Positions 25,693-39,134 of a DNA stretch of 64,000 nt are shown piece by piece (within the stretch, counting starts at the first letter, position 1; each line of letters starts with the position of its first letter). Source of the DNA: Phallusia mammillata. Lineage: Eukaryota. Position numbers and translations under genes: made by a program. The stretch spans positions 5,022,001-5,086,000 of the forward strand of contig OZ281500.1 of assembly GCA_965637545.1 (NCBI GenBank). The letters run 5' to 3'. The notes below the pieces were generated by a model. The model searched no databases, had not been told where the DNA came from, and worked only from the letters and a program-made list of their open reading frames with translations.

Positions 25693-28600
25693 ATGATGAA
25701 ATCAAAGAAACCAATGATTAACTTGGATGACACAGAAGATGAAGAGGAGGATGCCATGTTTGAAGCAGAAGAAGCAAGAATAAAAGCTGCACAACTTGAG
25801 AAGGAGCTTGAAGAACAAAATAAATTCGACTGTCTCTGTGATGGTAAAAGTTGATATAATTAAAGTAAAATATATTCACAAACCTTAAGTATTAATATCC
25901 CTGCAAACTATTTCTGCTTTACTGAATTGCCCATTTCATACAATTGCCCGGTGTCATGCAAACACATCTATTCAAATCATTCAATCTGTTATTAAGTACA
26001 CAATTAAAAAAAGATAGTAAGTAAGGTAAATTTTGTATTACATTTTCTGTAGTAGAGTGTTGATTATATTGCATTTACACGAAGTCTGGTCATTATGCAG
26101 TATATTTCTAGCCAAAGATCGCACATTTTAGGGTAGGCTATCAGCACCATACTTTGCATGTCATAATTGGATTATTTGTTAACATAACGTATTTCTGTTT
26201 ATGGCTGAAATTTGTCTTAAAAATATGTAATGTTGAACATCCATCTTTGTATACTAAGTTATATATAATTACACAACGAAACTTTGCAAACAAATTTAGC
26301 TTGCACAACATTTTTGTGGCTCAACTTACACCATATTGTCATAATCTACCTTTTGACTCAATTCCATTAATGTAATTTAATGTTTCTTCAGGGGTAATGA
26401 ACTGTTTATCATTGGTTGATACTTCATTCAACGAGTTACTTGAGCTGAAGGATGAGCTTCTTCAACATGACCTGCCTCCTAGTTTGCAGGTTGCAATAAC
26501 ACTCAGCATGGGAAAAATGTTCAGAACGTAAAAAAATGTTGTTGCCATTGTTTGTAAGCAATGTTAAATGATGTGTATGTATAATACATGTAGGATTACT
26601 GACCTGCACACACCCATTCAGGAGTTAACACGGCTGGTCAATATCTATTCAATACCTTGGGAACAAAGAAGTGAAGCATTGAAAAAATTACATACTGGTA
26701 CGGTCCCATAAAAAAGGGAAAACATCATTTATGTATATATACCTGCATGGTTACTGATATTACTTTTAATATGCAAAATTGAATTTGGTTTGGCAAAGGC
26801 TGCTTTTTAAACAAAACCTGACAAATAAAATAGGATTTAATGATGAATATTCTGGCCCAAATAGGTGTAAAAAGTGACATGCTATATTATTCAACACTTT
26901 TGACAAATGCTCATTTCATCATTAGCTGTTATATTCATTATTAAACTTGAACATATTTGTGTAAGTGTTCAAAATATAATTTGTCTTTAATTTTTTCCTC
27001 TTTGTAGATTATGAAAGCAAACAGAGGCAGTTGAACATAGCAATTCGCCGACTACAGTTGATAGATGCTCACACCAAAAGGCTTGACATGGAAAAGAGAG
27101 TGATGAATTGGGAGAAAGCATTTGCAAAAGTAAGTTCAAGTGTGCTGACCTAGAATGTTCAACATCACATTTCACAATTTAAAAATTATTTGTGTAAATC
27201 TAAGACAGTTAAAATATGTAGTATTGTGAAATTTCTGTTAAAGGCAATTTTATATAATTTGTTTTTCTTCAGATTACCAGTGCAAAGTCACATGGAAGAA
27301 GATGGAAATTCATGATCGAGGCATTCAAAAAGAAAATTAAGGAGGGGTAAGTTTGCACTCTATTTGCCTACATGCTAATTTTATATATTCTCCCGGTGTA
27401 CCTCAATAATCCATTAAATGCACTTTGAATGTTTGCTAAAAGTGTGCTCTGTGTAACAGTATTTTATCCCATAAAATGTTATTGTCATTCCCTGTAAAGT
27501 AACACTCAAATCTCCTCTGCTCAGTTGTAAAATCATAGAGAATAAAGGCTTACTAGCCACTAGAGTGCCCAACATGGTGATTTAGACTGTTCAAAAGTTT
27601 GTTTGCTGTTTTATTTATTTCAGGGTGTTCCTTGTAAAGCCTACACTTGTGATCCCATGTAAACACTGCATAGCACTTCTCAAAAGCTGCAACATTTTTA
27701 ACTTTTAGCCCTTTTAGGATACAAGTGGCCTAGTTGTTAGAAGTATTTTATATGGAAGTATTCTGTGAACATTTTACAAAAAAAACTTATGTATGTTTTA
27801 GGATCAACATGAATGATTTAGATGTTGAACTTAGTGATGATGAAGATGACCTTGATCAAGGTGTGTTTTAATGTGGATGTTATGTTTGCTTAGTTAACAT
27901 TAATCGATTATGATGTGTTGACCTAATAACAATGGCTCCTCCACAATTTTGAATTAAATATTTTTCTGACATGATTTTGTACAAAAAAAGTCAAAGTAGA
28001 TACCTTTTTGGATTGTATTAATTTTTTAATCATAAACAATCAAATTCCAAATCCAAAAATATAAATTTATTTGATTTGGTTGTATCAGGTGAAGATGACA
28101 ATGTGGAACAAGATGATGGAGTTTCAGAAAAGCAGAGATTCATGCTTTCAGTAATTGCTGCATCACCACCTGCTGAGGATGATGGTAAATGATTTGTTAA
28201 GACATTAGCAAGATCTATAATTGTAATGTGTTTGGATGCCGAAACATTTGTTTGTAGAATGTAAACTTTAAAAATTCTGAGGTCATCCACCATTTTTTTA
28301 GGATATGTATTTTTAGTAACTAAAAGCACAAAGAACCACTATTTGTAGCAGGAAAATTGTAAGCAATACACAATATGGAAAGAAGGCTATAAAAGTAACA
28401 GTCAGTAAAGTTGGTTTGGACTTAAGACCTTCAGTTTGCCAACCAAAACACTACAGTGAAAGCCCGCAAAAATTCAACAACACATAAAAGTGCAAAACTC
28501 CAAGACATGTGACAGGAAAGCGGGTGAGAACACTGGATGGAGACAGGACAATATGATATAATTGTTTACAAAAGATAATAATTGTTTACAAAGAAATGTT

Positions 28601-31600
28601 CAATGATTTACTGTTGGATGATTTTACAAAATGATTTTTTTTGAAAGAAAGTGTTCAATCAGCAGTTTAAACTCTCATTCATCATTATGTTCTTGATAAG
28701 TTTGTGGATGTGCCTGATGGTCTAAATAAAGTATAATAGTTTGACACTTGCTTAGTTCAGTCTATTTCTACCCTGTATGAACCGTAAAAAACAATCCTCG
28801 GCATCAATAAATACGTGTGTTGTGTAGGCACTCCCCAAGCTGGTTCAGACATTGGAAGTGAAGGTGACGGGGTCCCTTCTGAGATTTCTGACAGCTCTGC
28901 AAATGTTGAAGATGCATCCCCAGATATAAAAGTATGGTTTTTATAACTTTGTTTAAGTTGAAGTTTTAACTCAAGAACTAAAATTTAATTACTGAATTTA
29001 TTTGTTTGCAAGCACTGATACACAAAGTTGTTTATATTTTATATATGATGAGTATATATTTTAATGCCGTACTGATTTTTTTTTTTTTTGTGTGTGTTCA
29101 CTTATCCATTGTACTGTGTGCTAACTGAAATTATATTGTGTGAAATTTTCTATTTTACAAGAAATAAGATGGTACCAGGATATATTGCATAAAAATTAGT
29201 TAAACATTGCATTAAATCTGAAGCAGGTTCTATGTCATCAAATTTTACACCACACAAGCAGCTTACTTTTGAATTGGCATATAATAACATAAGTGCAGTA
29301 TTAAAAAAATTGTTTCAGCAGCGTCGAGGTGTGAGCTTTGGCTCTCAGGTGGAGGAAGTACATGAGGTTGCAGTGGAAATGAAACCTGAAATGGAAGATA
29401 GGGGAATATGGACACATGAACCTGAATATGACACACAATTAGCTGTTAGGCTTTTTAGGCCACTGACTCTGAAAGGTATATATATCTGCCTTATTGTGAG
29501 CCCTTTATTCATGGGTAGAGCTACTAACACAGGAACTCACAGCACACAGATTAGCCAGGTGGTGCATGCAAATATTTGAATGCAATTTGTGAAAAAAGGC
29601 TGACGGTTTGGGCTATGCAGGGTTTCATATTAAAAATAACAACAAAATCAAAATATCTTTATGTTAACTTTAATCTCTAACCCTATTCAAGCATCACTGT
29701 TAATTTAAATAACTGCACCCTTTATGGCATCTATCGGTATTCAACAAACCTTGTGTGCTCTGAGTTCCTGTGTTAGTAGCTCTACCTTATTCTCAAGGCT
29801 TGCTAAGACGTATTCCATACTCATACTCGTTATAAATTTACACATCAAGCTAGAACTTAACCTGATTGCATAAACCAGTGGTTCTCAAACATTGATACAA
29901 CAACAAAAAGCCACGAAACCGAACTATTCTGCAATGCCCTTGAAAAATTAAAATGACGCACCTGGGCGTCGCGACGCACAGTCTGAGAACCACTGGCATA
30001 AACTATTGACATGTGGATTCGGGTATCCTGTTGAATTTGCTTAATTATAATAAGCTTGTTTCACTAATTGGAACTATAACTTACTAAAGCTCTTTTATTT
30101 CAGATGATGATGGGTCTGATGTATCTTGTACAGTCAGTTTTGCTGGAATTACCACAAAGACTTCGGCACTGCCATCAGGAAATGTATCAACACAGCCAGA
30201 TTCGCAACCAATAGTCGATGAATCAGAAATGGTAACATAACTAAAAGCTTGTTTTAGTGTACCACACAGATTTTTGACTTAACTGTTTCATTGTATAGGG
30301 TTTGACAACCTATGCTGTTTATGCTGGTTCAAAAAAATTATATGTTTTTGCACAAAAAGTAAGTTGCGTAAGTAGTAAAGGTCACTTTTTGCGAAAGTGC
30401 GATAGCGGAAATAGCAAAAAAATGTGCATTAAAATTTTTGTTTTCTCAACTATCTCAATGCTATTAGGGTGAAGCAAAGGTGAAGGGTAAAGGTAAAGCT
30501 GGAAGAAGAAAATCAATTGGATTTGCCAGCAGACCAACAAGCCCACCAGGTAGATCAAACTGTTTTTAAAAATCTGATTTGAATCTAATGCATGTTTACA
30601 AAGCCCTGTTTTTTGACACTTTAGTTTACTTTTTGGTCAGGCTATTTTTTAAGTCGATATCCAAGTGTTTATAATGGTCTATGTTTAAAAAGGTTTCTTT
30701 CACAGCTATGTCCAGCCCATCAAAGAGCATGCTCAAGTCAAAACCAAGCAGCATTTTAAAGAAAGTCAAATCAGGTGAAGATGAGCCTGAACCTGAAAAG
30801 GAAAAAGAAAAAGAAAAGGTTAATCGCAGTAAATTTGAAGAAGTGCTTTTCGATGTTCCTCCAAACTCTTCTGAACCAGTAAGTCTTGTTCAGTTTATCT
30901 TTCAAAGGGATTCATTGTATATTTAGATTCAAATATAGGCAAAAGCCAACAAAACCTTTAAAGTTAGATGACAGTGCTGTTTCAATGAAGCACATACAAT
31001 GGTTTTTGCCAAGTTGGCTGAGTGGTTAGCAACATCACCTTGTGTTCATAAAGATGTGGGTTGTTATATTCCTATCCTTGTCACTTGTTGTTCTCTGAGC
31101 AAAAAAATTGAGCTGCATTTCTCCAACCTGGTTGTTTCCAATAAAATGAACTAAATTGAGGTCACCAACTGCCCAAGTGAAAAAAATTTAATAAAAGTGA
31201 TTTAAAAGACTTGCAAAAAACAAACAACTGAAAACAACATATTGAATGTACAATTTGCCATATTCGTTTGTTTTAAAACTTCCGTTAAAAAAATCCTCTC
31301 AATTTACAGATCAGAATAGCTGTACACCAGGGAGAACAGGAAAAAATGGTTGCCATGGTTACTGTCACGTGGGATGACCTACAGACCAAGGTAGATACAC
31401 TTGCAAAATACATTGTTAAATTGTCCTGACTATAGTAGTATATGCTACCAATGTAATGTCACCAGCTGCACTAATGAGACCTAGTATCTTGAAACAGTGT
31501 GAACAATGTGTAGTTTAAATGTGCCCTGTTTTTTAATTTGTTCTCTAGGAATTTGCTACAAAATTGATTGCTGTGAAACCTGATCTCGACCACAAACCCG

Positions 31601-34600
31601 AGGATAAGAAGGAGAAAGAAAGAGAAAAAGAAGAAGAAGTGAGAGCGGAGAGTCCTCCTCAAGAGATGGAGGAAACGGATACAAGGGAGTTTGAAGAGGA
31701 ATTGTCCAATCAAGAGATTATGATGGTTCAACTGCAAGGAATCAAGTTAGGAATAGGTTGGTTGTGTACTTGAGTTATCAAAAAAACACCTTGAATCAGC
31801 AAATTAAGTACCGTTTTATAGGAAGCTTATATCTGAATGCCCATATATATTCCCATAATATCTGAAAATGCATTTTACTTTATATCCTGCAAATCCCAAA
31901 ATACTGCAACATTGAAAGACAGGCTTGTGTTAAAACACTAAGAATTTTAAATATTTTTTTGTAAATTAAGCATATTTATAAATATATATGTTAACATTTT
32001 AGTCAAGAGAACCAACAGCGTGTTTTGATCAGCCCCATATTTCGTTTTGTTATTATTTTTCAGGCGGCCACAGCCACGGTATAATCGGGGAACTACCTCT
32101 TCTTTTCTATTGGATAAAGCGTGAGAAACCACGTGTTCTAAATGCTGATGTCAACACTGTCGGTGTCCGTGAACTTATCTTGGAAATTACAGGTTTGTAG
32201 AATGTGCTTCTGAAAGAACAGTGATATAAAGACGTTTTTAGTGGGCTATAATGGGTTGAACTCTCCTGTTTTTGTACGCTTTTTTAACTTTGAGGCTATA
32301 TACAAACGTTCCAGACCAAGTGAGGTATGTAAAGCAATAATGTAAACGGTAGATACTTAAACACCAAAAACTAGCGGCACTGGAGTCCGGTTCACTTGAG
32401 GTCAAGAAGGTAACGTCAGGTCAAATGTTTGGAAAATGCTTGTTTTCAACGTTATTAATGATTTTATACCTTCACCTGACCCAAATAGCACTAACCGCCG
32501 GCATTACTACAAGTCTGCGAAAAAAGACAAAAAAAAATAAATTAATAAAATTATTTGACATTTGACCTCAAATGAACCGGACTCCAGTGCCGCTAGTTTT
32601 TGGTGTTTAAGTATCTACCCAAGTAAACAATACCCAAAAATATCATTATGTTGTGTTTTGTTAAGGTGTGGATGTTGACCACGTGACAAAAGATGAGATT
32701 GTCGAGATGCTGGGACGCGAATATCACGACGTATCTACGTCAGCAATGTCGTTTGTTTCGTCATCATCCCACAAATCGGTAAATACGTACTTTTTTTGAC
32801 AAAATCGACATCGACATGCACGATTTCAAAACCGATACCAATCAATCAGTTTGCATGTTTTTCCCACTTACGAATGTGTTTTCTGTTGTAACACAACCGA
32901 AAAACATACCAATATAAATTGCTTGTGTGTAAGGATGTGCCAAAACTGCAAATGTTCTGTTTGGCCGAGCACGCTCGGTGCATTGTGACGTCACAAAAAA
33001 ATCCCCTTTCTACGTTTCAGCTCTACAAGGCCTCTTACGTCACCGGCGGTGTTTAATTAAGCTGTACATGCCCATAAAGTGCGCGTTTTTCCACCATCTA
33101 GTAAATTTGAAAAATCATTCGTGTTTGTTCATAGACAACTTTTAGAACACTAGTTAGGCTACATACGTTAGCAGGGGATGAATATGCAAATTTAGTGCTC
33201 GGGTCAGTTTGTGCAACTGCTCGGCCGAACACCGAGCATCAAAAACAGCGATGCTCGGTACCGAGTACTCGGGTTCTGGCTCGGCTCGGCCCATCCCTAC
33301 TTGTGTGTATGGTGGACATAAAATAGTTTTTTGTTTCAATAGTTTCAAAAGCTTATTGTGAGTAAAATTGATTTATCTTATTTTTATTTGTTTTTATCCG
33401 AATTTGAGTGTTTCAGTTTAAAAATTTCATGATTTAATTTTTTCGCAGGGTTACATTCCACTGGAGGAGCTAGAGGTTATACGGGAGCAACATGATTTAG
33501 AAGTAAAAAATATTCAAGATGAATATGAAGCCAAACTTCAGCAGTTATTAAGCGAAGTCGGAAAACTACAAACCGCACAACCTACACAGGTAGTCACTAA
33601 CGACGAACGGTTAAGCCTTCACAAAACATATTGTCTGTTTGTTTGTTTGTATCTTTCTTTTTAGTCGATAGCCGATAAAAGGTATTGGTACATGAGTCCC
33701 TTACATCTCATGATTCCCAAAAGGTGATGTTAATGGCTCACAAACCAAAAGACACTTGTGTCGGGCTTTGAAAACTAATGACTTATGGTCACTTAGGGCC
33801 TAAGTCTTAGGCCAATGGTTTTTGGCGTTTAGTCCGTTCTAAGCTTTCCAAACGGTCATAAAAATAAAATGCATTATTACCCAATAGAATCCTCTGCCCC
33901 AACCCCGTAAAACATAAGTCGATAAATTGGTACCACCAAGCCACAGCTTTGTGTGTCTACTCAGTTTTGCGTTTCCCGAGCTCCTTGCCCGCAGCAAAAC
34001 CCGTGGGTTTGACCTATGCAGTATTTAATTGGATTGTGTGAGTTTTATACCTATTAGCCAATTCACGTATTAAATTTCACAGCAAACCTCTTCCCAACCG
34101 CGCCCTGAAGTGACGTTCAGTGACACGAACACGTTCGTGCGACCTCCTCCTTTGCCAGGTAGGTACTTAAACATGTGAATATACTCATAAACAAAACGGC
34201 AACGTTTTAGTGTTTAGTTGTTGTTTATTGGTAAGTTAAATATTGACTCTGGTCAAATCAGCTAATTTGAGCTACTCCAAGAGTTGAAAATATTTGGGTT
34301 TTTAATCTAAAATGCTAATCCAGTGAATTGCAAATCGCCAAGTTTTTTTGTGCGACCAACTGGATTATGCGATAAAGTGGACGAATCTATTAACGACTAT
34401 AGTTTCACGATTTCTCTGCAAATAAGAGAATTTATCGAGTAGGCGGTACGATTCAACCAAAATTGCCCGCAGAGTATATGTCCAGAAAACAGCTATAGGG
34501 TGAAAAAATGTTCCAGCTATAACGTGTTGTGGAAATTTAACTCTTTAGATTGCATGGCAAGAAGTTAATATTTACATATTTTTGCAGAGATTTCTCGGCA

Positions 34601-37133
34601 AGAAATGGAAAGGCCCCATTCCGGTGGAGGTAATTGGCGACCCCCGAAAATTCCCCAGCTTCCAGACTGGGGCGCACATTTGCCCAAAAACGTAAGTCAG
34701 TTTATAAAAAAAACATTGGACAGTAGAAACATAAAGTAGATAAATGCAACACTTTTTATTTTATACGCTTTAGCAAGCATTTGTGTCATAGTAAGTACAC
34801 ATTAAAATCAGACACAGACCGTGCTGACGTGGTTAACAACACACTACTGTAATCGTGATAGTAATTTGTTTGAAGATATAAACGGCGGAATGACAACCAT
34901 GTAAGGCAATAGCTTCAAAAACTATAATATGTAAGGCTAGCTAACGCCAAGTGAATGTGGTTTTTGGCAAAACAGCAACTAATTAAAACGTATATAGCGC
35001 GAGTCCCCAAAAGACTCTTGTCGTGGATTTGATCCCACCGCAGACTAGACTTGACTTTTCTAGTCTTGACCTTGCCATATGAGAGAAATGCTTAACGACT
35101 GCCTGATTGGGTAATCGGCATAACGCATTCAATGGGTCTGGCGTACTATGATTTATATAAGAATGTGCCGTGATCGCTGGTCTGCATAAAGGCTAGTTGT
35201 GAAATTATGTCTATCTTAACCAATTAAAAACGCTTTTAAGTACGGGTGTTTCCACTCTTTTACGAACGTCTTTGCATTGAACAAACATCTCTGTTTAGGT
35301 GTGGGAGCGCATGAAGTTGCTCACTGAGGAGATGATTGCTAAGAGACAGCAGCTGGATCAACGCATTCGACATCACATTGCGGCTAATATTGAAAAGAAA
35401 CTCGCTTCCCAATACAAGTAACGTTTTTTCCACACTAACGCAAAAGCTTTAATTCTGTTTTCAAATCGTGGCTTTGAGGCAATTGTTCATCACCTGATGT
35501 AGCGAAAGTCCTTCAATTTAAAAAGTAAGCGTGGCGTTTTAATATGAAGGCTCAATTTGACCAAAAATGCCATATTTGTACTATTCAAGGAGCACATACC
35601 TGCCGTAATGACTTATGAAAGCAATTAAAGATGGACCTCGCCATGTAGTGCGTGGTATATAAGTTCTCATGTCCAATACCAACCGTCTGACATTATCATT
35701 TTGTCTACACAGTTTTTCGAGTTTTCATTGTCAGTCGGTACTAAGTAAGTGGGCTAAATGGCAAATCTCAGTGCCAACAGTTCCTCTGTGTTGTGTTGAA
35801 TTATTTGTTTATTTGTAATAAAAAAAAATATTTTCATGTATTCATCAGGCTCCAGCGAGCGGACACAACAGTTCGTGGTCCTTTGCAAGACGTCAGTTTG
35901 CCTGCCATCTTCATGCCTTCACGTGTCGGAAATGTTTACAATCCTCGAGCACATCAGTATTTCCATCCAACTGGCACAAGTGGAGATCTGAGACTGACTC
36001 AGCCTCCATCCATTTTTCAATTACCACCTTTACCTGATAAAGCTGTATCCTTTTACTCTACTTATATTTTTGGGAATAGTTTAAGTACATTGTGTCATTT
36101 CAAGGCTAAAGTTAAAACAAACCATTTTTACCCTCCAAAATGGAATTCAAAACAACGACATCCGTAGCTGCGTTAACTGAACAAACAATATTAACCTTAC
36201 ATAAATTATAACTGCCAGAATGATTAGTCTAGTTCAGTGGTTCTTAACCTTTTTCCTTGCTGCGCCCTTTTCAAATCACCAACCACTTTTCGTACACCCT
36301 TTTGTAATTGCTCAAATAACAAAACCATTGTAATTTAATTTTTATGAAAGCATCCCCGCACCCCCTAGGAACAGTTCTCGCACCCCTTGGGTGTGCATGC
36401 AGCCCTGGTTAAGAACCCCTGGTCTAGTTTATGCTGAGTTTTTTAAGCTTTTAGGTGTACGGTCTACATAGCCTTTTGTTTTTTCGAAATTTGGATCAAT
36501 TTTTTGTTTTCTAATTCCTGTTTAAACCGATTGGGAGGTCCGGCAGGAGGCAAAAAAACGACTGAAACCCGTTGGAAACTAGAGCTTTTTAGCAAAAACC
36601 CTATTAAAACTGTTTTTTTTTCAAATTTTTGACCCCTAAAAACCGAAAAAAGAAAAGGCTATAAAAGCTACAGTTTATTTTAGGAAATTGCATGTTATGC
36701 TTCTCAACAGTCGAAAGCGTTTCAAACCGTGGTAATTTTTTACATTTCCATTTTTAAAATGTTTATGTTCCAGACATCACAAAATATAGCACAAGTAACT
36801 CATATCTCAGTTAACAATCCATTACCCTAGTATGTTTTCTGAGAAAACAATTTATTGATTGAATGTCGTACAGAATAAGGTAATATAATTTTCGGCCCTT
36901 TAACATCACCTAGTAGGCTATTTTTTCTTAACATGTTTGGAAAACAGAAAATGTCTGTGGTCAACCTTTTTGAGTTGAGCAAGAATTTTGAAAATCCCAA
37001 TGCAGCGGATTGGTTGAATCGAATCGCTTCGGCCCACTCTCGGGGTTCCAGGGTCACAACAGCTGGATCCCGCCGGACTCCAAATACACCGGCCCCAACG
37101 GCCAACATGCAAGCTTCTGACGTTTATACATGA
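25693..37133 (+). CDS. Uncharacterised coiled-coil/low-complexity protein (~912 aa, 22 exons)
   Basis: Phase-compatible GT-AG exons: 25693-25843, 26392-26527, 26594-26697, 27008-27129, 27273-27346, 27802-27860, 28089-28184, 28828-28931, 29319-29475, 30104-30231, 30468-30549, 30706-30878, 31310-31390, 31549-31756, 32064-32192, 32666-32778, 33449-33589, 34083-34158, 34588-34691, 35299-35417, 35849-36044, 36948-37133. One open frame of 913 codons; family not recognised. Confidence 0.85.
29513..29787. mobile_element. MITE with ~35-bp TIRs (Harbinger-like)
   Basis: GGTAGAGCTACTAACACAGGAACTCA(C/G)AGCACACA inverted at both ends; superfamily inferred from the GG(G)TAGA start. Confidence 0.7.
29876..29995. 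mobile_element. 120-bp hAT MITE
   Basis: TIRs CAGTGGTTCTCA / TGAGAACCACTG; perfect TSD GCATAAAC. Confidence 0.9.
31011..31240 (+). mobile_element. Degenerate tRNA-derived SINE
   Basis: A-box-like TGGCTGAGTGG head; shares core AAATTG..TCACCAACTG.CCAAGT.GAAA with 62560-62850. Confidence 0.5.
32347..32620. mobile_element. MITE with ~58-bp near-perfect TIRs (Harbinger-like)
   Basis: GGTAGATACTTAAACACCAAAAACTAGCGGCACTGGAGTCCGGTTCA.TTGAGGTCAA present inverted at both ends. Confidence 0.85.
36235..36421. mobile_element. hAT MITE, same family as 18755-18971
   Basis: Same TIRs and body; perfect TSD GTCTAGTT. Confidence 0.92.
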
Positions 37134-37535
37134 TCTTTTTGAGTGTTATTTGTGTTGTGCAATGTTATTCGTTCACTGTGATTTTTATCATGTTCGACGT
37201 ACTGATTTCTTTTTTACTGTGTTTTTTGTTTACCTGTGATTTTTAGCTACTTGTGATCAAGTGTTTTTTTTGGTTTGTAGGCTACTCGTTAAAACATCGT
37301 GCTTTTTTTATTTTGGTAATGGTGGATACAAATTGAAATAAAATTACAACTGGAAATTAAATGCGCGAGGTAAAAAAATTGTAAAGGGAAACAGCTGGAT
37401 GTGATGTAGGCATACAAAGTTACTTTTATAGTATTGTTTTGCAGGTAGGTCACAGCTGCGTCGCTTGTTTTTTTTTACATCGAACGATTAAAGCAAAGAA
37501 CAGTGAACACCGATTAAAGCAAAGAACTCTATATA

Positions 37536-37879
37536 CCGTATTTGCTCGATTGTAAGCCGCCCTCGATTGTAAGCCGCATGTTGAGGCGTTAAAAAAATAA
37601 TGTAAGCCGCCCTCGATTGTAAGCCGCACGCTGGAATTTTAGATACGATTCTGTTAGTTACCATTTCTGTTAGTTACGTTGATAACTGTACCCAACAGAA
37701 CGTTTATCGACGTATGATCTGTACACGCATACATGTTTTGAACCCCAAAAAATTTAAAATGTTGGAGTGTAGAAATGATTTCGGTAAAAAATTAAACTAT
37801 AAGCCGCCCTCGATTATAAGCCGCACAAACGGCAGCTAAAAAACAATATAAGCCGCGGCTTATAATCGAGCAAATACGG
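37536..37879. mobile_element. Tc1/mariner (pogo/Tigger-like) MITE
   Basis: TIR CCGTATTTGCTCGATT(G/A)TAAGCCGC, TA target duplication, subterminal repeats TAAGCCGCCCTCGATT. Confidence 0.9.
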
Positions 37880-38224
37880 TAGGGTTCTTTGATTAAAGTC
37901 AACTCTGAAAGGGAGATCCCCGACTTGTGTGATTTCTATGGAGAAAATATTATATTATGCGTGTTTAAGTTGAGTCAGACGAGAATAAAAAAGCAAAAAA
38001 GTTCTCGTTCAAACAAGCTTGTAAAATGTAAACTGACTGCAAACGACTAAGGTCTGTGTATTGCGGTTCAATAACTGTGGAAAAGCAGGCAATTTAGCCA
38101 AGATATACTACGTCTACGATTTTGATTCGATAAGTTTTTTTCATGTTTTGCACTTTGTAGGATAAGTGTTGGAAATTTTGACAATTATTCACTGCTGTAT
38201 CGTTAATTTATACTGTGTTGCGTA

Positions 38225-38770
38225 ATGGATCTTGAAGACGAATTCTATATCAAGGAAAAATACATTGAAACAGCATCTGGCAACAAAGTTAGTCGACAAT
38301 CTGTCTTGTGCGGCAGCCAAAACATTGTACTAAATGGAAAAACAATCGTCCAATCTGAATGCATTATTCGTGGTGACCTTGCTAATGTAAGAATAGGCAG
38401 AAATTGTGTAATCAGAAAAAGAGCCGTGATCCGACCACCATTCAAGAAGTTCAACAAGGGGGTAGCCTTCTTTCCATGTATGATTGGTGACCATGTTTAT
38501 ATCGATGAAGACTCCATTGTAAATGCTGCACAAGTTGGTTCCTATGTCCACATTGGAAAGGACTGTGTGATTGGAAGAAGATGCATTCTTAAGGATTGCT
38601 CACAGATTGCAGATGGAACTGTTTTGCCTCCAGAGACAGTTGTTCCTCCATTTACACTTTGGGGTGGCTCTCCTGCAACTGTTATTGGTTATCTTCCGGA
38701 GTGCACAAAGTATCTAATGACAGACGCTACAAAACAATATTATGAACATTTTAAACCTGGTCCTGCATAA
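38225..38770 (+). CDS. DCTN5: Dynactin subunit 5 (p25), intronless, 181 aa
   Basis: [29 protein letters not shown]...[11 protein letters not shown]...RPPFKKF.KGVAFFP; near-identical to the human DCTN5 left-handed beta-helix. Confidence 0.98.
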   Translation: MDLEDEFYIKEKYIETASGNKVSRQSVLCGSQNIVLNGKTIVQSECIIRGDLANVRIGRNCVIRKRAVIRPPFKKFNKGVAFFPCMIGDHVYIDEDSIVNAAQVGSYVHIGKDCVIGRRCILKDCSQIADGTVLPPETVVPPFTLWGGSPATVIGYLPECTKYLMTDATKQYYEHFKPGPA

Positions 38771-39134
38771 AGTTTCATATGCATTTCTATCATTATATTA
38801 GTAAACATTGTTGTTTGTTCAATATGTAGTAAATTGCCTGTAATAATGTTCCAAATTAAACTTGTATGCATCACTTTGTTGAAATTGAAAACATGTAATG
38901 TTGTGTGTTATACAAACAAAGTACTTAAAATTTTGCTAACTAGTTCTAAATGTTGTTTCTGTATGGCCAACCAACACCCTGGTAATCATTTTAATTATGT
39001 TCATTAGGTTAACCGATTCTTAACATTTCATCGACAGTTTTTGCTGCTAGCAATTATAAAACACCTAATTCATTACTACAGAATTACCTAGTGCATGAAA
39101 AGATTTATTGTTTGTATCTATAGATACCCAAGTT

